Positions 19,516 to 30,008 are shown, counted from the first letter of the stretch. The stretch is 64,000 bases of DNA from an uncultured Pelagibacteraceae bacterium (GCA_902587155.1 CACIKE010000004.1:5444-69443), one strand, 5' to 3'. The notes: generated by a model not told the origin, from the letters alone. A program made the numbers and translations.

Positions 19516-20251
19516 AGACTTAAAACAGATAGAGTTCCAAGATCTTTGGGGAGATCATGGAATTTTTACAACGATGTGGATTTTTGGTAAACCAGCAAAA
19601 ATTTTATTTTTTGACAATCATTTAAAAAATTTAATTATATCACTAAAAAAATATCAAATAAAAAAAAAATCTTTAAAGTCAGATATTTTAAAAATAATTA
19701 ATAAAAATTTATCCAAAAAAAAAAAATATAATCATCTATTGAGAATTGCTATAAATAAGAAAATTATTTCAATATCTTTAAGAAAAAGAGTTAAACCAAA
19801 ATTAAATTTTAATTTAAGATTAGTAAAATTGAAAAGGGAAAAACCAGAATTTAAAAATCTAAAATACAAAAAGATTTTATCTTATTTATCTAAAATGGAT
19901 AACTCCAAATCAGATATTGCATTAGTATTTAATAAAAGATTATTAGAAACTGGAACTTCAAATTTATTATTTGTTAAAGATCAAAAATTTTTTACACCCA
20001 AAAAGGATTATTATGAGGGAAATACTTATAAATTTTTTAAAACAAAAATAAGAAAGATAATTAAAAAAGATATTTTGCTTAAAGAAATAAAAAATTATGA
20101 TGAAATATTATTAATAGGATCTGGCAAAGGTGTTACTTCAGTTAAAACTATAAATGAGCTTAAATGGAAAAGAAAAAACCTAAAAAAATTCAAGTTTCTA
20201 TCAAAACACTATGATGCAGTTATAAATAAATGTAATTCTTATAGATTTTAG
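19478..20251 (+). CDS. pabC: Class IV PLP enzyme, probable aminodeoxychorismate lyase (divergent)
   Basis: GIFTTM, candidate PLP Lys in EFKNLKY, ETGTSNL, EGNT, DEILLIGS; context after pabBA. Confidence 0.6.
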   Translation: MVTYLLKKSYQLKDLKQIEFQDLWGDHGIFTTMWIFGKPAKILFFDNHLKNLIISLKKYQIKKKSLKSDILKIINKNLSKKKKYNHLLRIAINKKIISISLRKRVKPKLNFNLRLVKLKREKPEFKNLKYKKILSYLSKMDNSKSDIALVFNKRLLETGTSNLLFVKDQKFFTPKKDYYEGNTYKFFKTKIRKIIKKDILLKEIKNYDEILLIGSGKGVTSVKTINELKWKRKNLKKFKFLSKHYDAVINKCNSYRF

Positions 20252-20254
20252 CAA

Positions 20255-20653
20255 ATGAAAGACCCAAACAATCCTTGTTTATTTTGTAATGTTAAAAAAA
20301 GTGGATGTGTTCATGAAAATGAATTGGCATATGCAAGTTATGACTCATATCCAGTTTCAGAACATCATTGTTTAATTATACCTAAAAGACACATAAAAAA
20401 TTATTTTGATTTATCTAATGATGAATTGGTTGCTTGTAATGATCTTTTAAAAATTGTAAAAAAAGAAATAATCAATAAAGATCCATTAGTTAAAGGATTT
20501 AATCTAGGCACAAATATAGGAATTGTATCTGGTCAATCTATTTTCCATTGTCATTTTCATCTGATTCCCCGAAGAGAAGGAGATGTAGATAATCCTCAAG
20601 GGGGAGTACGATCAGTCATTCCAGACAAACAACATTATAAAAGAAATGATTAG
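20255..20653 (+). CDS. HIT family protein
   Basis: CLFC, YPVSEHHCLIIPKRH, GFNLGTN, GQSIFHCHFHLIPR. Confidence 0.93.
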   Translation: MKDPNNPCLFCNVKKSGCVHENELAYASYDSYPVSEHHCLIIPKRHIKNYFDLSNDELVACNDLLKIVKKEIINKDPLVKGFNLGTNIGIVSGQSIFHCHFHLIPRREGDVDNPQGGVRSVIPDKQHYKRND

Positions 20654-20753
20654 CCTGTTATAAAAGACAAATTGACCCTAGTTTGAGGTTGAACTATAAA
20701 TTCAACTATATATAAAACTGTAGAATTAATTCAAAATTTAACAAAAGGCGGAA

Positions 20754-21548
20754 ATGTTAAGCAACAATCCATTTTCAATTTTATCAGAAACCATTTCACC
20801 GTTTGCTATGCAATCTTTTATTATTGCAATGGTTTTGTTGATTGCAGTTGGAACTATTATTCAAATGATACATCATAAAAATTTGACTTATTTTTTTAAT
20901 AACGCAAAAAAAGCAAAACTATCAGCGACAAAAGAATTAGGTGTTGGAGAAAAAGTTTCCGTGATTGCTAAAACAACAGTTGTTGATATTGGTACTACCT
21001 CTGAATTAGGTTTTGGTAAAAGAAGACTGGCTCATGTTCTAGGAATGTACGGAACAATTTTATTTTGGGTGTCTTCAGTTGTTTTAGTTTTTTGTTACAC
21101 AGGTGCTGATAAACCAAGTTCTCAAACTTGGTCATTAATTTGGCATGCAGGAGCAATATTAACTTGCTTGGGCGGGTATTGGTTTTGGTTTTTTTTAAGA
21201 GTAGACGTATCAGCGGAAGCTCATCCTTGGTATAGAATCATTAAAGCTGATTTATTTGTTTTAGCTTTACTTGCATGTTCAACTTTTGGGTTAGCATGGT
21301 CTTACACTCAATTTAACGGACAAATGGGATTATCATATTTGTTTTTAACTTTATTTGTTGCATCTAATTTAATTTTATTTGGTGGCGTTTATTGGTCTAA
21401 ATTTGCCCATATGTTCTACAAACCTGGAGCAGCAATACAAAAAAATCTAGCTGAAGCTGATGGTTCAAGAGACAATCTTCCTCCACCAGCAGATGCCCCT
21501 GAGCAATTTGGCTTAGGTATAAAAAGAGAAGAGCCAAAACACTATTAA
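20754..21548 (+). CDS. aprM: APS reductase membrane anchor AprM
   Basis: Multi-TM, RRLAHVLGMYG, WHAGA, WSKFAHMFYK; directly upstream of aprBA. Confidence 0.88.
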   Translation: MLSNNPFSILSETISPFAMQSFIIAMVLLIAVGTIIQMIHHKNLTYFFNNAKKAKLSATKELGVGEKVSVIAKTTVVDIGTTSELGFGKRRLAHVLGMYGTILFWVSSVVLVFCYTGADKPSSQTWSLIWHAGAILTCLGGYWFWFFLRVDVSAEAHPWYRIIKADLFVLALLACSTFGLAWSYTQFNGQMGLSYLFLTLFVASNLILFGGVYWSKFAHMFYKPGAAIQKNLAEADGSRDNLPPPADAPEQFGLGIKREEPKHY

Positions 21549-21579
21549 TATGTTATTAGAAAAAGGAGAAAAATAAATT

Positions 21580-22050
21580 ATGTCAACTTTTGTATACATG
21601 ACAAGATGTGATGGTTGTGGACATTGTGTAGATATATGTCCTTCGGACATCATGCACATAGATGAAAATATTCGAAGAGCAAAAAACATTGAACCAAATT
21701 TTTGTTGGGAATGTTACTCATGCGTTAAAGCATGTCCTAATCATGCAATTGACGTAAGAGGGTATGCTGATTTTGCTCCTATGGGTCACAGTGTGAGAGT
21801 TAGAAGAGAAGAAGAAAAAGGAACCATCTCTTGGAAAATCAAATTTAGAAATGGAACAGAAAAGAATTTCGTATCCCCAATAACAACAAAACCTTGGGGT
21901 AAATTTATTCCTAAACTTGCTGAGGGTGACACTCCTAACCAAGGAGAAATTAATTCACAAAGATTATATAGTGAGCCAGAGGGTTTAAATACTAATAAAG
22001 AATTACCATCAGTTCCAAAGGAATCTTTCAAGAAAGGTGTTTATTATTAA
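21580..22050 (+). CDS. aprB: Adenylylsulfate reductase beta subunit
   Basis: CDGCGHCVDICPSDIM, CWECYSCVKACP, VRGYADFAP. Confidence 0.97.
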   Translation: MSTFVYMTRCDGCGHCVDICPSDIMHIDENIRRAKNIEPNFCWECYSCVKACPNHAIDVRGYADFAPMGHSVRVRREEEKGTISWKIKFRNGTEKNFVSPITTKPWGKFIPKLAEGDTPNQGEINSQRLYSEPEGLNTNKELPSVPKESFKKGVYY

Positions 22051-23909
22051 TGGCTAAGCACAAAACACATTATGAGGAATGTGATGTATTAGTTGTTGGT
22101 GGTGGAATGGCTGGTACGGGAGCAACATTTGAGGCCAGACATTGGGGAAGAAATTTAAAAATTGTTTGTGTTGAAAAAGCAAATATTGATCGAAGTGGTG
22201 CAGTCGCACAAGGTTTATATGCAATCAATTGTTACATGGGTATGCAATGGGATGAAAATCAACCTGAGGACCATGTTAGATATGCCAGAAATGATCTAAT
22301 GGGAATGGTTAGAGAGGATTTAGGTTATGATATGGCTCGTCATGTAGACTCAACTGTTCACATGTTTGATGAGTGGGGTCTTCCAATGATGAAAAATGAA
22401 AAAACTGGAAGATACTTAAGGGAAGGTAAATGGCAAATCATGATACATGGTGAAAGCTATAAACCAATCGTTGCTGAGGCAGCAAAAAAATCTGCAGATA
22501 AAATTTATAATAGAATAATGGTTACTCATTTATTAATGGATGAAGCTCAAGAAAATAGAATTGGTGGAGCTGTTGGATTTAATATGAGAACAGGAGATTT
22601 CCATGTATTTAGAGCTAAAGCAGTTATCGTTGCTGCAGGTGGTGCATCGCATATTTTTAAACCGAGAGCGGTTGGAGAGGGTATGGGAAGAACTTGGTAT
22701 GCACCATGGAGTAATGGATCTGCATATGCACTACCTATTGCTGCAGGCGCAAAGATGACTCAAATGGAAAATAGAATTGTATTGTGTAGATTTAAGGATG
22801 GTTATGGACCTGTTGGAGCATATTTTTTACATTTAAAAACATATACACAAAATGCTAATGGCGAAAATTATGAAAAAAAATGGTACGATCAAACTAAAGA
22901 ATTAGTTGGTGAATATATTGATCATCATCCAACACCTACTTGTTTAAGAAACCACGCATTTATACAAGAAGTGGCTGCCGGTGGCGGACCGATCCACATG
23001 GTTACTAAAGAGGCTTTTCAGGATCCACATTTAGAAACAGTTGGATGGGAAAACTTTTTAGGGATGACAGTTGGACAAGCTGTTGTTTGGGCATCACAAA
23101 ATATTGATCCAAAGTATACAAACCCTGAATTAACAACTTCTGAACCTTATGTTATGGGATCACACGCGACATGTTCAGGAGCATGGGTTAGTGGACCTGA
23201 AGACCTGTCTCCACCAGAATACTTCTGGGGTTACAACAGAATGTTAACAATCGATGGACTTTTTGGAGCGGGAGATACAGTGGGTGGTAGTGCACATAAA
23301 TTTTCATCAGGATCTTTCACAGAGGGTAGATTAGCAGCAAAAGCGGCAGTAAAATATATTGAAGAAAAAAAAGCTGAAGGAATTAATGTAACAGATAAAC
23401 AATGTGAGAATTTTAAAAAAGCTGTCTATAAACCTTTAGAAACCTACACAGTTGCTCAAAACGAGATAACTGGAGGTACAGTTTCACCAAGTTATATTTC
23501 TCCAATACAAGGATTACAAAGACTTCAGAAAATTATGGATGAATACGTTGGGGGTATTACCTCAAACTATATGACCAACGGAAATTTACTAAAAAAGGCT
23601 TTAGAACTTTTAGCTTGGTTACAAGAGGATTTAGAGCACGTTGGTGCAGAAGATTATCATCAATTGATGAGGGCTTGGGAGTTGAAACATAGAGCTTTGA
23701 CATCACAATGTGTGACTGAGCATACTTTATTTAGGGAGGAAACTCGTTGGCCAGGTTATTATTATAGAGGAGATCATATGAAATTAGACGATGAAAATTG
23801 GCATTGTTTAACAGTTTCAAGAAGAGATCCTAAAACTGGTAAATTTACACTAGAAAAAGTTCCAGTTTATCACATTGTGGACGAAAAAGAGAAAAAGAAG
23901 GCCTCATAA
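22050..23909 (+). CDS. aprA: Adenylylsulfate reductase alpha subunit
   Basis: GGGMAG, RSGAVAQGL, WQIMIHGESYK, PTCLRNH, HKFSSGS, EETRWPG. Confidence 0.98.
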   Translation: MAKHKTHYEECDVLVVGGGMAGTGATFEARHWGRNLKIVCVEKANIDRSGAVAQGLYAINCYMGMQWDENQPEDHVRYARNDLMGMVREDLGYDMARHVDSTVHMFDEWGLPMMKNEKTGRYLREGKWQIMIHGESYKPIVAEAAKKSADKIYNRIMVTHLLMDEAQENRIGGAVGFNMRTGDFHVFRAKAVIVAAGGASHIFKPRAVGEGMGRTWYAPWSNGSAYALPIAAGAKMTQMENRIVLCRFKDGYGPVGAYFLHLKTYTQNANGENYEKKWYDQTKELVGEYIDHHPTPTCLRNHAFIQEVAAGGGPIHMVTKEAFQDPHLETVGWENFLGMTVGQAVVWASQNIDPKYTNPELTTSEPYVMGSHATCSGAWVSGPEDLSPPEYFWGYNRMLTIDGLFGAGDTVGGSAHKFSSGSFTEGRLAAKAAVKYIEEKKAEGINVTDKQCENFKKAVYKPLETYTVAQNEITGGTVSPSYISPIQGLQRLQKIMDEYVGGITSNYMTNGNLLKKALELLAWLQEDLEHVGAEDYHQLMRAWELKHRALTSQCVTEHTLFREETRWPGYYYRGDHMKLDDENWHCLTVSRRDPKTGKFTLEKVPVYHIVDEKEKKKAS

Positions 23910-23927
23910 TTTATTTTTAGCAAATTT

Positions 23928-24278
23928 ATGGATCTTTTATCAAAGTCAGATGAAGAGATTTTTAAGATTGGTAAACCTTTTTGGGAAAATTTAGTCCGAG
24001 CTTCAAATATGAAGGATTATGGAGGTTTTACAAAAGATTTTTCAACACAAATGTTATTTGGAGCTAATGAAGTAGAACTTGGTAAACAGTGGGCAAACAA
24101 TAAAATTATCACAAATTTGGACGAAACTTACAAACCTTTTGGAACTTTAAGACGTGGCGAGCACATAACAGTATTGATCAAACAGACCAACAAGGAAATA
24201 CCTGGGGAGTTTTTAGGAAGAATGGTACTGGGAGTTGAGGATGGTGTGATCAAGATTTTTGGAGCTACAATTTATTAA
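23928..24278 (+). CDS. Hypothetical protein, possibly NTF2-like, downstream of aprA
   Basis: 116-aa ORF 18 nt after aprA; helical N-terminus (DYGGFTKDFS) then beta-rich pattern. Confidence 0.65.
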   Translation: MDLLSKSDEEIFKIGKPFWENLVRASNMKDYGGFTKDFSTQMLFGANEVELGKQWANNKIITNLDETYKPFGTLRRGEHITVLIKQTNKEIPGEFLGRMVLGVEDGVIKIFGATIY

Positions 24279-24322
24279 TTATAGTTTGACAATTTTTTTG
24301 CTAGGTGTATTCAGGGATTTAG

Positions 24323-24457
24323 ATGCATCTTTCAAATTTAAAAATTCTGAATATTATAGCTAATAAAAAATCAACTTTTATTAAAACTGGAATTTTTTCA
24401 GCTATAGCTGCATGTTGGGGTGTTATCTTAGTTGGAACTTTTATTACTTTTAAATAA
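24323..24457 (+). CDS. Small single-TM protein, 44 aa
   Basis: MHLSNLKILNIIANKKSTFIKTGIFSAIAACWGVILVGTFITFK; preceded by TTGACA-type promoter and AGGGA. Confidence 0.5.
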   Translation: MHLSNLKILNIIANKKSTFIKTGIFSAIAACWGVILVGTFITFK

Positions 24458-24482
24458 GTAATATTTTAAGTTTTTATATTTA

Positions 24483-25577
24483 ATGGACGTTTTTTTACCT
24501 ATAGCCAAAGTCTTTATTAATCCAGTTGAAATACTTTTGCTTAGTGCCATTGTTGGTGTTCTTTCAGGTTTGTTTGGAGTAGGAGGTGGTTTTTTAATGA
24601 CACCCTTCTTAATCTTTATGGGTGTTCCTCCGGCTTATGCAGTAGCAAATGAAGCCAACAATATTTTAGCAACTTCTGTATCTGGATCTACCACTCATTG
24701 GTTAAAGAATACTCTGGATTATAAAATGGGATTAATGATCGTAATTGGTGGAACAATTGGAACTGTATTAGGCATCTTTACCTTCACTTATTTTAAAGAT
24801 ATTGGAAAAATAGATACAGTAATATCTTTAGCCTATATGTACATTCTTGCAATAATTGGGACTTTGATGTTGGTGGAAAGTTTAGGTGAAATTGATAAAG
24901 CCAAAAAAAATATAGTAGAGAGGAAAAAACTACATGTCCATTATTGGATTCACGGACTTCCTTTTAGGATGAGATTTCCTAAATCCAAATTATATGAAAG
25001 TATATTTACACCTATCGTAATCGGATTAGTCGTAGGTTTTATTGCAGCTATCATGGGTATTGGTGGTGCGTTTATTTTAGTGCCCGCAATGATTTATATT
25101 ATTAAGATGCCAACAAAATTAGTGCCTGGAACTTCATTGTTTGTGACCATTTTTGTAAGTGTGATAGTTACATTTCTTCATTCAATTAATTATGGGTCAA
25201 TTGATTTAATGTTAGTTTTAATGTTAGTTGTGGGATCAATAGTAGGAGTTCAAGTAGGTCAGAAGCTTGGAGAGCAGATTGACAGCTCTGGATTAAAAGC
25301 TTTGTTAGCAGTTTTATTATTAATAGTCGGGATTGTAATAGCTTACGACACTTTTTTTGCTGAGGAGATTAAGAACGGAGTTTCATCTGTAAGTTCACCA
25401 GATTTAAATTTCTTCTCAAAATTTATAAAGGATTTTTCTGAGGATATGCCATTCTTCTATGGATTATTTTCAATCCTATTTGCTGTTATTTTAGGAATAG
25501 GAGCTGCATTTATTAGAAGATCGATTTCAAAATTTAGAGAAAAATATTTTAAAAAGACAGTTAAACAATCTAAATAA
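24483..25577 (+). CDS. Sulfite exporter, TauE/SafE family
   Basis: Duplicated GLFGVGGGFLMTP / AIMGIGGAFILVP motifs, GTSL. Confidence 0.88.
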   Translation: MDVFLPIAKVFINPVEILLLSAIVGVLSGLFGVGGGFLMTPFLIFMGVPPAYAVANEANNILATSVSGSTTHWLKNTLDYKMGLMIVIGGTIGTVLGIFTFTYFKDIGKIDTVISLAYMYILAIIGTLMLVESLGEIDKAKKNIVERKKLHVHYWIHGLPFRMRFPKSKLYESIFTPIVIGLVVGFIAAIMGIGGAFILVPAMIYIIKMPTKLVPGTSLFVTIFVSVIVTFLHSINYGSIDLMLVLMLVVGSIVGVQVGQKLGEQIDSSGLKALLAVLLLIVGIVIAYDTFFAEEIKNGVSSVSSPDLNFFSKFIKDFSEDMPFFYGLFSILFAVILGIGAAFIRRSISKFREKYFKKTVKQSK

Positions 25578-26637
25578 AAAATTTTACATAGATCTCAATT
25601 GTTAAAATACTTACAATTCCTACAGTCAACATTGATGTAAATCCAACAACAAAAGGTTTATAACCCATATTTCTAATATCTTTTAAATTTGTAGATAAGC
25701 CTATAGCTGCCATAGCCATAGTCAAAAAAATTTTAGAAGAAGATTTAATTGAATTTATTAAATCAATCCAATTGTTATTAGTTGAGAAAACTTCATCACC
25801 TACATTTCTTAAAATTATCATCCCAACAAACCCCAAAACAAAATATGGAAATATACTTAAAATAGAGTAACCCTTTTTTTTTGTTTGACCTCTATTATAA
25901 AGAAAAGCAAAAAGAGGGATCATAACAATTAAAAAAGTATTTCTTATAAGCTTTGTAATAGTTGCGATATTTAATGTTTCAGGACTATTGAACTGTTGTT
26001 CGTATATTAATCCTGCTGCAGCTACCTGAGAGGTTTCATGTATGGCGGTCCCTAAAAAGAGACCTGCAAATAATGAGTTTCCTTCAAAATAAAAGTTTGC
26101 AAAGTAGGGGTATAACAACATCGATAGTATTCCGAATAAAGTAATGTTAGCAATTGCATAAGAAATTTCACTTTTATTAGCTTTTATTACTGGTGCAGTT
26201 GCCATTATAGCAGTGGTACCACAAACAGTGCTACCAATGGATATTAAGTAGGCCATCCTTGTTGGTATTTGGAGTTTTTTTATTATGAGCTTTATTACTA
26301 TTAAAACACTAACTATACAAATTACTATTAATGGAATTGCTATTTTTCCAAATTCTAAAAACTCAAAAGGTTTTAATTGTATACCTAAAAAAATTATTCC
26401 AAGTTTTAAAATATAATCTTTACTAAAATCTAATCCCTTTTGAAAACTTTCACGAATATTGAAAAAATTTCCAAAAAAAATTCCTAGTAGAATTGCTATC
26501 ATTGCTGAAGAGATAGGACTTTTGCTATATCCTAAAAGTTCAATACCAATAATATTATTAAAACCTTGAGAAAGAGAATAAAGAATAAATGCAAGTATTA
26601 TACCTGGTATTAATACCAAGTAATCTTTTAAGACCAT
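25570..26637 (-). CDS. Putative sulfate/sulfite exporter (YeiH/PSE family, SuyZ-like)
   Basis: LKLGIIFLG, GSTVCGTTAI, GTAIHETSQV, TKLIRN, AMAAIGL; follows suyAB. Confidence 0.85.
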   Translation of the reverse strand: MVLKDYLVLIPGIILAFILYSLSQGFNNIIGIELLGYSKSPISSAMIAILLGIFFGNFFNIRESFQKGLDFSKDYILKLGIIFLGIQLKPFEFLEFGKIAIPLIVICIVSVLIVIKLIIKKLQIPTRMAYLISIGSTVCGTTAIMATAPVIKANKSEISYAIANITLFGILSMLLYPYFANFYFEGNSLFAGLFLGTAIHETSQVAAAGLIYEQQFNSPETLNIATITKLIRNTFLIVMIPLFAFLYNRGQTKKKGYSILSIFPYFVLGFVGMIILRNVGDEVFSTNNNWIDLINSIKSSSKIFLTMAMAAIGLSTNLKDIRNMGYKPFVVGFTSMLTVGIVSILTIEIYVKFFI

Positions 26638-26650
26638 TTCTATAAAGTGA

Positions 26651-27817
26651 TTATGCGCTTCTATAAAGTTTAGTCATAACAAATTCCTTATGACCTAAAG
26701 CTTCTGCACAAGTTAATCTTCCATTTGCAACTCTAAGAGTTGTCTCAATAAGTTTATCTCCCGCCTCTGATAAATTCATTTCTCTTGAAAGAATTTTTGA
26801 TACATCGCAATCAATGTGTTCACCCATACTTTTAACAGTCAATGGGTTAGCAGTTAATTTAACGACTGGCTCAATTGGATTTCCAACAATGTTACCTTGC
26901 CCAGTTGGAAACAAATGAATATTAAATCCTGCTGCTGCTTGTAGTGTTACACACTCTGCTGCAGCTGAAGAAGTATCCATAAAGTATAATCCTTTACCTT
27001 TCTTTGGTTCTTCCGCTGGCTCTAAAACATCTATAAATTTACAATCACCGATTTTTTGAAAATTTCCAAATGCTTTTTCTTCAATAGTTGTCAAGCCTCC
27101 AGCAATGTTTCCAGCAGTTGGTTGACTTTCCGACAAATCATCCGTTGCTTCTTTTAAAATAAAATCATTATATGCGCTCCAAGTTTTCATAAATTTATCT
27201 GAAGCCTCTTTTGTTGCACCTCTGGTTGCACAAACTTTTTCTGCACCCGTTAGTTCTGAAGTTTCACCAAAACATAGATGAACACCAAGTGGTTCAAGTT
27301 TGTCCATTAAGTTTCCAACTGTAGGATTGGATGCAAGACCTGATGTGGTATCTGACTCTCCACATTTTACTGAAATCCATAAATCACTTATCGGACACTC
27401 CTCTCTTTGTTTCTCTGAAGCCCACATAACAAATTCTTGAGCTTTTTTGGATGCCTTCATCACTGTTCCAATATCACCTGTTCGTTCAATGTGAAAACCT
27501 TCCACAGGTTTTCCAGTTTTTGCTATTCCATCTACAATTCTTTTAGTCCATTTTGGTTCAATACCAATTACAATCACAGCAGCAACATTTGGATTGCTTC
27601 CTGTACCTATCATTGTTCTAAAGTGTAATTCTAAATCTGCTCCAAACTGTAATCGTCCATATGAATGAGGTAATGCTATAGTTCCTTTTATATTGTTTGC
27701 GACTGCTTCTGCACAAGCATTTGAAATATCATCTACTGGTAAAATAATTACGTGATTTCTAGTTCCCGCTCTTCCATTTTCTCTTTTGTAACCTAAAAAA
27801 CTTTTTGGAATTTCCAT
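26651..27817 (-). CDS. suyB: (2R)-sulfolactate sulfo-lyase beta subunit (UxaA family)
   Basis: [55 protein letters not shown]; split SAF partner and sulfonate context. Confidence 0.88.
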   Translation of the reverse strand: MEIPKSFLGYKRENGRAGTRNHVIILPVDDISNACAEAVANNIKGTIALPHSYGRLQFGADLELHFRTMIGTGSNPNVAAVIVIGIEPKWTKRIVDGIAKTGKPVEGFHIERTGDIGTVMKASKKAQEFVMWASEKQREECPISDLWISVKCGESDTTSGLASNPTVGNLMDKLEPLGVHLCFGETSELTGAEKVCATRGATKEASDKFMKTWSAYNDFILKEATDDLSESQPTAGNIAGGLTTIEEKAFGNFQKIGDCKFIDVLEPAEEPKKGKGLYFMDTSSAAAECVTLQAAAGFNIHLFPTGQGNIVGNPIEPVVKLTANPLTVKSMGEHIDCDVSKILSREMNLSEAGDKLIETTLRVANGRLTCAEALGHKEFVMTKLYRSA

Positions 27818-27821
27818 TAAA

Positions 27822-28106
27822 TTACCACTTTTTTGTTTTTACGTTATGAACATGTACATGCTCACCTTTTTTTATGGATTTAACAACTTTTCCTATGTCG
27901 TGACCATATTTTAAAATTGTGTCTCCTTCTTTTAAGTCCGTCATAGCAATTTTATGACCCAATGGTATTTCATCCATTGATTGAATATCTGTTGAACTAT
28001 CATCCTCCATAATCCAGCATTTACAGTCTTGTTTTGGTGTTATTTTTTCGATTACCACAACCCCTACATTATCCTTTTTATCGTGAATTATGATGTCAGT
28101 AGCCAT
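27822..28106 (-). CDS. suyA: (2R)-sulfolactate sulfo-lyase alpha subunit (SAF domain)
   Basis: [36 protein letters not shown]. Confidence 0.88.
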   Translation of the reverse strand: MATDIIIHDKKDNVGVVVIEKITPKQDCKCWIMEDDSSTDIQSMDEIPLGHKIAMTDLKEGDTILKYGHDIGKVVKSIKKGEHVHVHNVKTKKW

Positions 28107-28223
28107 TATATCGTGTCGATTTGTTTGTTTGAATTTTCAAAAATCTTATATATTAATCGCGTCAATTTAGAAATAGTTTTATAAAAAAATTATTACATTT
28201 GCTAGATTAGAAAGGTTCTATTA

Positions 28224-30008
28224 ATGACGAAAATGACAACAGAAGAAGCTTTTGTAAAAGTTTTACAAATGCACGGCATCGAACATGCTTTTGGAATAAT
28301 AGGTTCAGCATTCATGCCTATCTCTGATATTTTTCCTGATGCAGGTATTACTTTTTGGGACGTTGCTCATGAAACAAATGGTGGACTAATCGCTGATGGT
28401 TATACAAGATCTACAGGTAAAATGTCTATGGTCATTGCACAAAACGGGCCAGGTATCACTGGATTAGTAACCCCGATTAAAACTGCTTACTGGAACCATA
28501 CACCATTACTATTAGTAACACCTCAGGCGGCAAATAAGACTATGGGTCAAGGAGGTTTTCAAGAAGTAGAGCAAATGAATTTATTTAAAGATATGGTTTG
28601 TTACCAAGAAGAGGTTAGAGACCCATCAAGAATGGCTGAAGTTTTAAATAGAGTAATTGAAAAAGCAATAAGAGGTTCAGCGCCGGCACAAATTAATGTT
28701 CCAAGAGATTATTGGACACAAGTTATCGATATTGAATTACCACCAATAGTAAGATTAGAAAGACAAGGTGGAGGAGCAGAAGCAATAGATAAAGCTGCAA
28801 AACTTTTATCAAATGCGAAATTTCCAGTTATTTTATCTGGTGCAGGAGTTGTAATCGGTGGTGCAATTGAAGAAACAAAAAAACTTGCAGAAAAATTAGA
28901 CTCTCCAGTTTGTTCTGGCTATCAACACAATGATAGTTTCCCAGGAAGCCATCCATTAGCTGTAGGACCTTTAGGATATAATGGGTCAAAAGCTGCAATG
29001 GAATTAATTTCAAAAGCAGATGTTGTTTTGGCTTTAGGAACAAGACTAAATCCATTTTCAACACTTCCAGGGTATGGCATAGATTATTGGCCCAAGAAAG
29101 CAAGCATCATCCAAGTTGATATCAATCCTGATAGAATTGGTTTGACTAAAAAAGTAACTGTTGGAATAAGCGGAGATGCAAAATTAGTTGCACAACAAAT
29201 ATTTGATAAGTTATCATCTAACGCAGGTGATACGGATAGACAAAAAAGAAAAGACTTAATTCATCAAACAAAATCTGCATGGTTACAAAAATTATCTAGT
29301 TTAGATCATGAAGATGATGATGAAGGAACAGTCTGGAACAAAGAAGCGAGAGAGAGAGATAAAGATAGAATGTCACCAAGACAAGCTTGGAGAGCAATCC
29401 AAGCTGGAATGCCTGAGGATGTAATTATTTCAAGTGATATTGGAAATAATTGTGCAATAGGAAATGCTTATCCAACTTTTGAAAAACCAAGAAAATATTT
29501 AGCACCAGGTTTATTTGGTCCATGTGGTTATGGTTTTCCATCAATACTTGGAGCAAAGATTGGATGTCCAGATACACCTGTAATTGGTTTTGCGGGAGAT
29601 GGAGCTTTTGGAATTAGCATGAATGAGATGAGTTCTTGTGCTCGTGAAGAGTGGCCAGCAATTACAATGGTTATTTTTAGAAATTATCAATGGGGTGCAG
29701 AAAAAAGAAATACAACTCTTTGGTTTGATAATAATTTCGTCGGGACTGAGTTGGATCCTGAGTTAAGTTATGCGAAGGTAGCTGATGCTTGTGGTTTAAA
29801 AGGAGTAACAGTCAAATCAATGGAGGAAACAACTGCTGCAATCAAGCAATCTTGTGAGGATCAAAAAAAAGGTATCACTACATTTATAGAAGTAATTTTA
29901 AACCAAGAACTCGGTGAACCATTTAGAAGAGATGCAATGAAAAAGCCTGTAAGGGTGGCTGGTATAAAAAAAGAGGATATGAAAAAGCAGCCTTCTTTGA
30001 ATTCTTAA
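28224..30008 (+). CDS. xsc: Sulfoacetaldehyde acetyltransferase
   Basis: MTTEEAFVKVLQMHGIEHAFGIIGSA, AYWNHTP, GDGAFG ThDP motif, QWGAEKRN, LGEPFRRDAMK. Confidence 0.96.
   Translation: MTKMTTEEAFVKVLQMHGIEHAFGIIGSAFMPISDIFPDAGITFWDVAHETNGGLIADGYTRSTGKMSMVIAQNGPGITGLVTPIKTAYWNHTPLLLVTPQAANKTMGQGGFQEVEQMNLFKDMVCYQEEVRDPSRMAEVLNRVIEKAIRGSAPAQINVPRDYWTQVIDIELPPIVRLERQGGGAEAIDKAAKLLSNAKFPVILSGAGVVIGGAIEETKKLAEKLDSPVCSGYQHNDSFPGSHPLAVGPLGYNGSKAAMELISKADVVLALGTRLNPFSTLPGYGIDYWPKKASIIQVDINPDRIGLTKKVTVGISGDAKLVAQQIFDKLSSNAGDTDRQKRKDLIHQTKSAWLQKLSSLDHEDDDEGTVWNKEARERDKDRMSPRQAWRAIQAGMPEDVIISSDIGNNCAIGNAYPTFEKPRKYLAPGLFGPCGYGFPSILGAKIGCPDTPVIGFAGDGAFGISMNEMSSCAREEWPAITMVIFRNYQWGAEKRNTTLWFDNNFVGTELDPELSYAKVADACGLKGVTVKSMEETTAAIKQSCEDQKKGITTFIEVILNQELGEPFRRDAMKKPVRVAGIKKEDMKKQPSLNS

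Noticed and set aside
20754-23909. Dissimilatory sulfate reduction or chemolithotrophic sulfur oxidation
   Set aside because: No sat, qmo, dsr or sox genes in the window; AprM-type anchor and sulfonate lyases favour sulfite disposal
26651-28106. Altronate/galactarate dehydratase call
   Set aside because: Split SAF + catalytic arrangement, YeiH exporter and adjacent xsc fit SuyAB better
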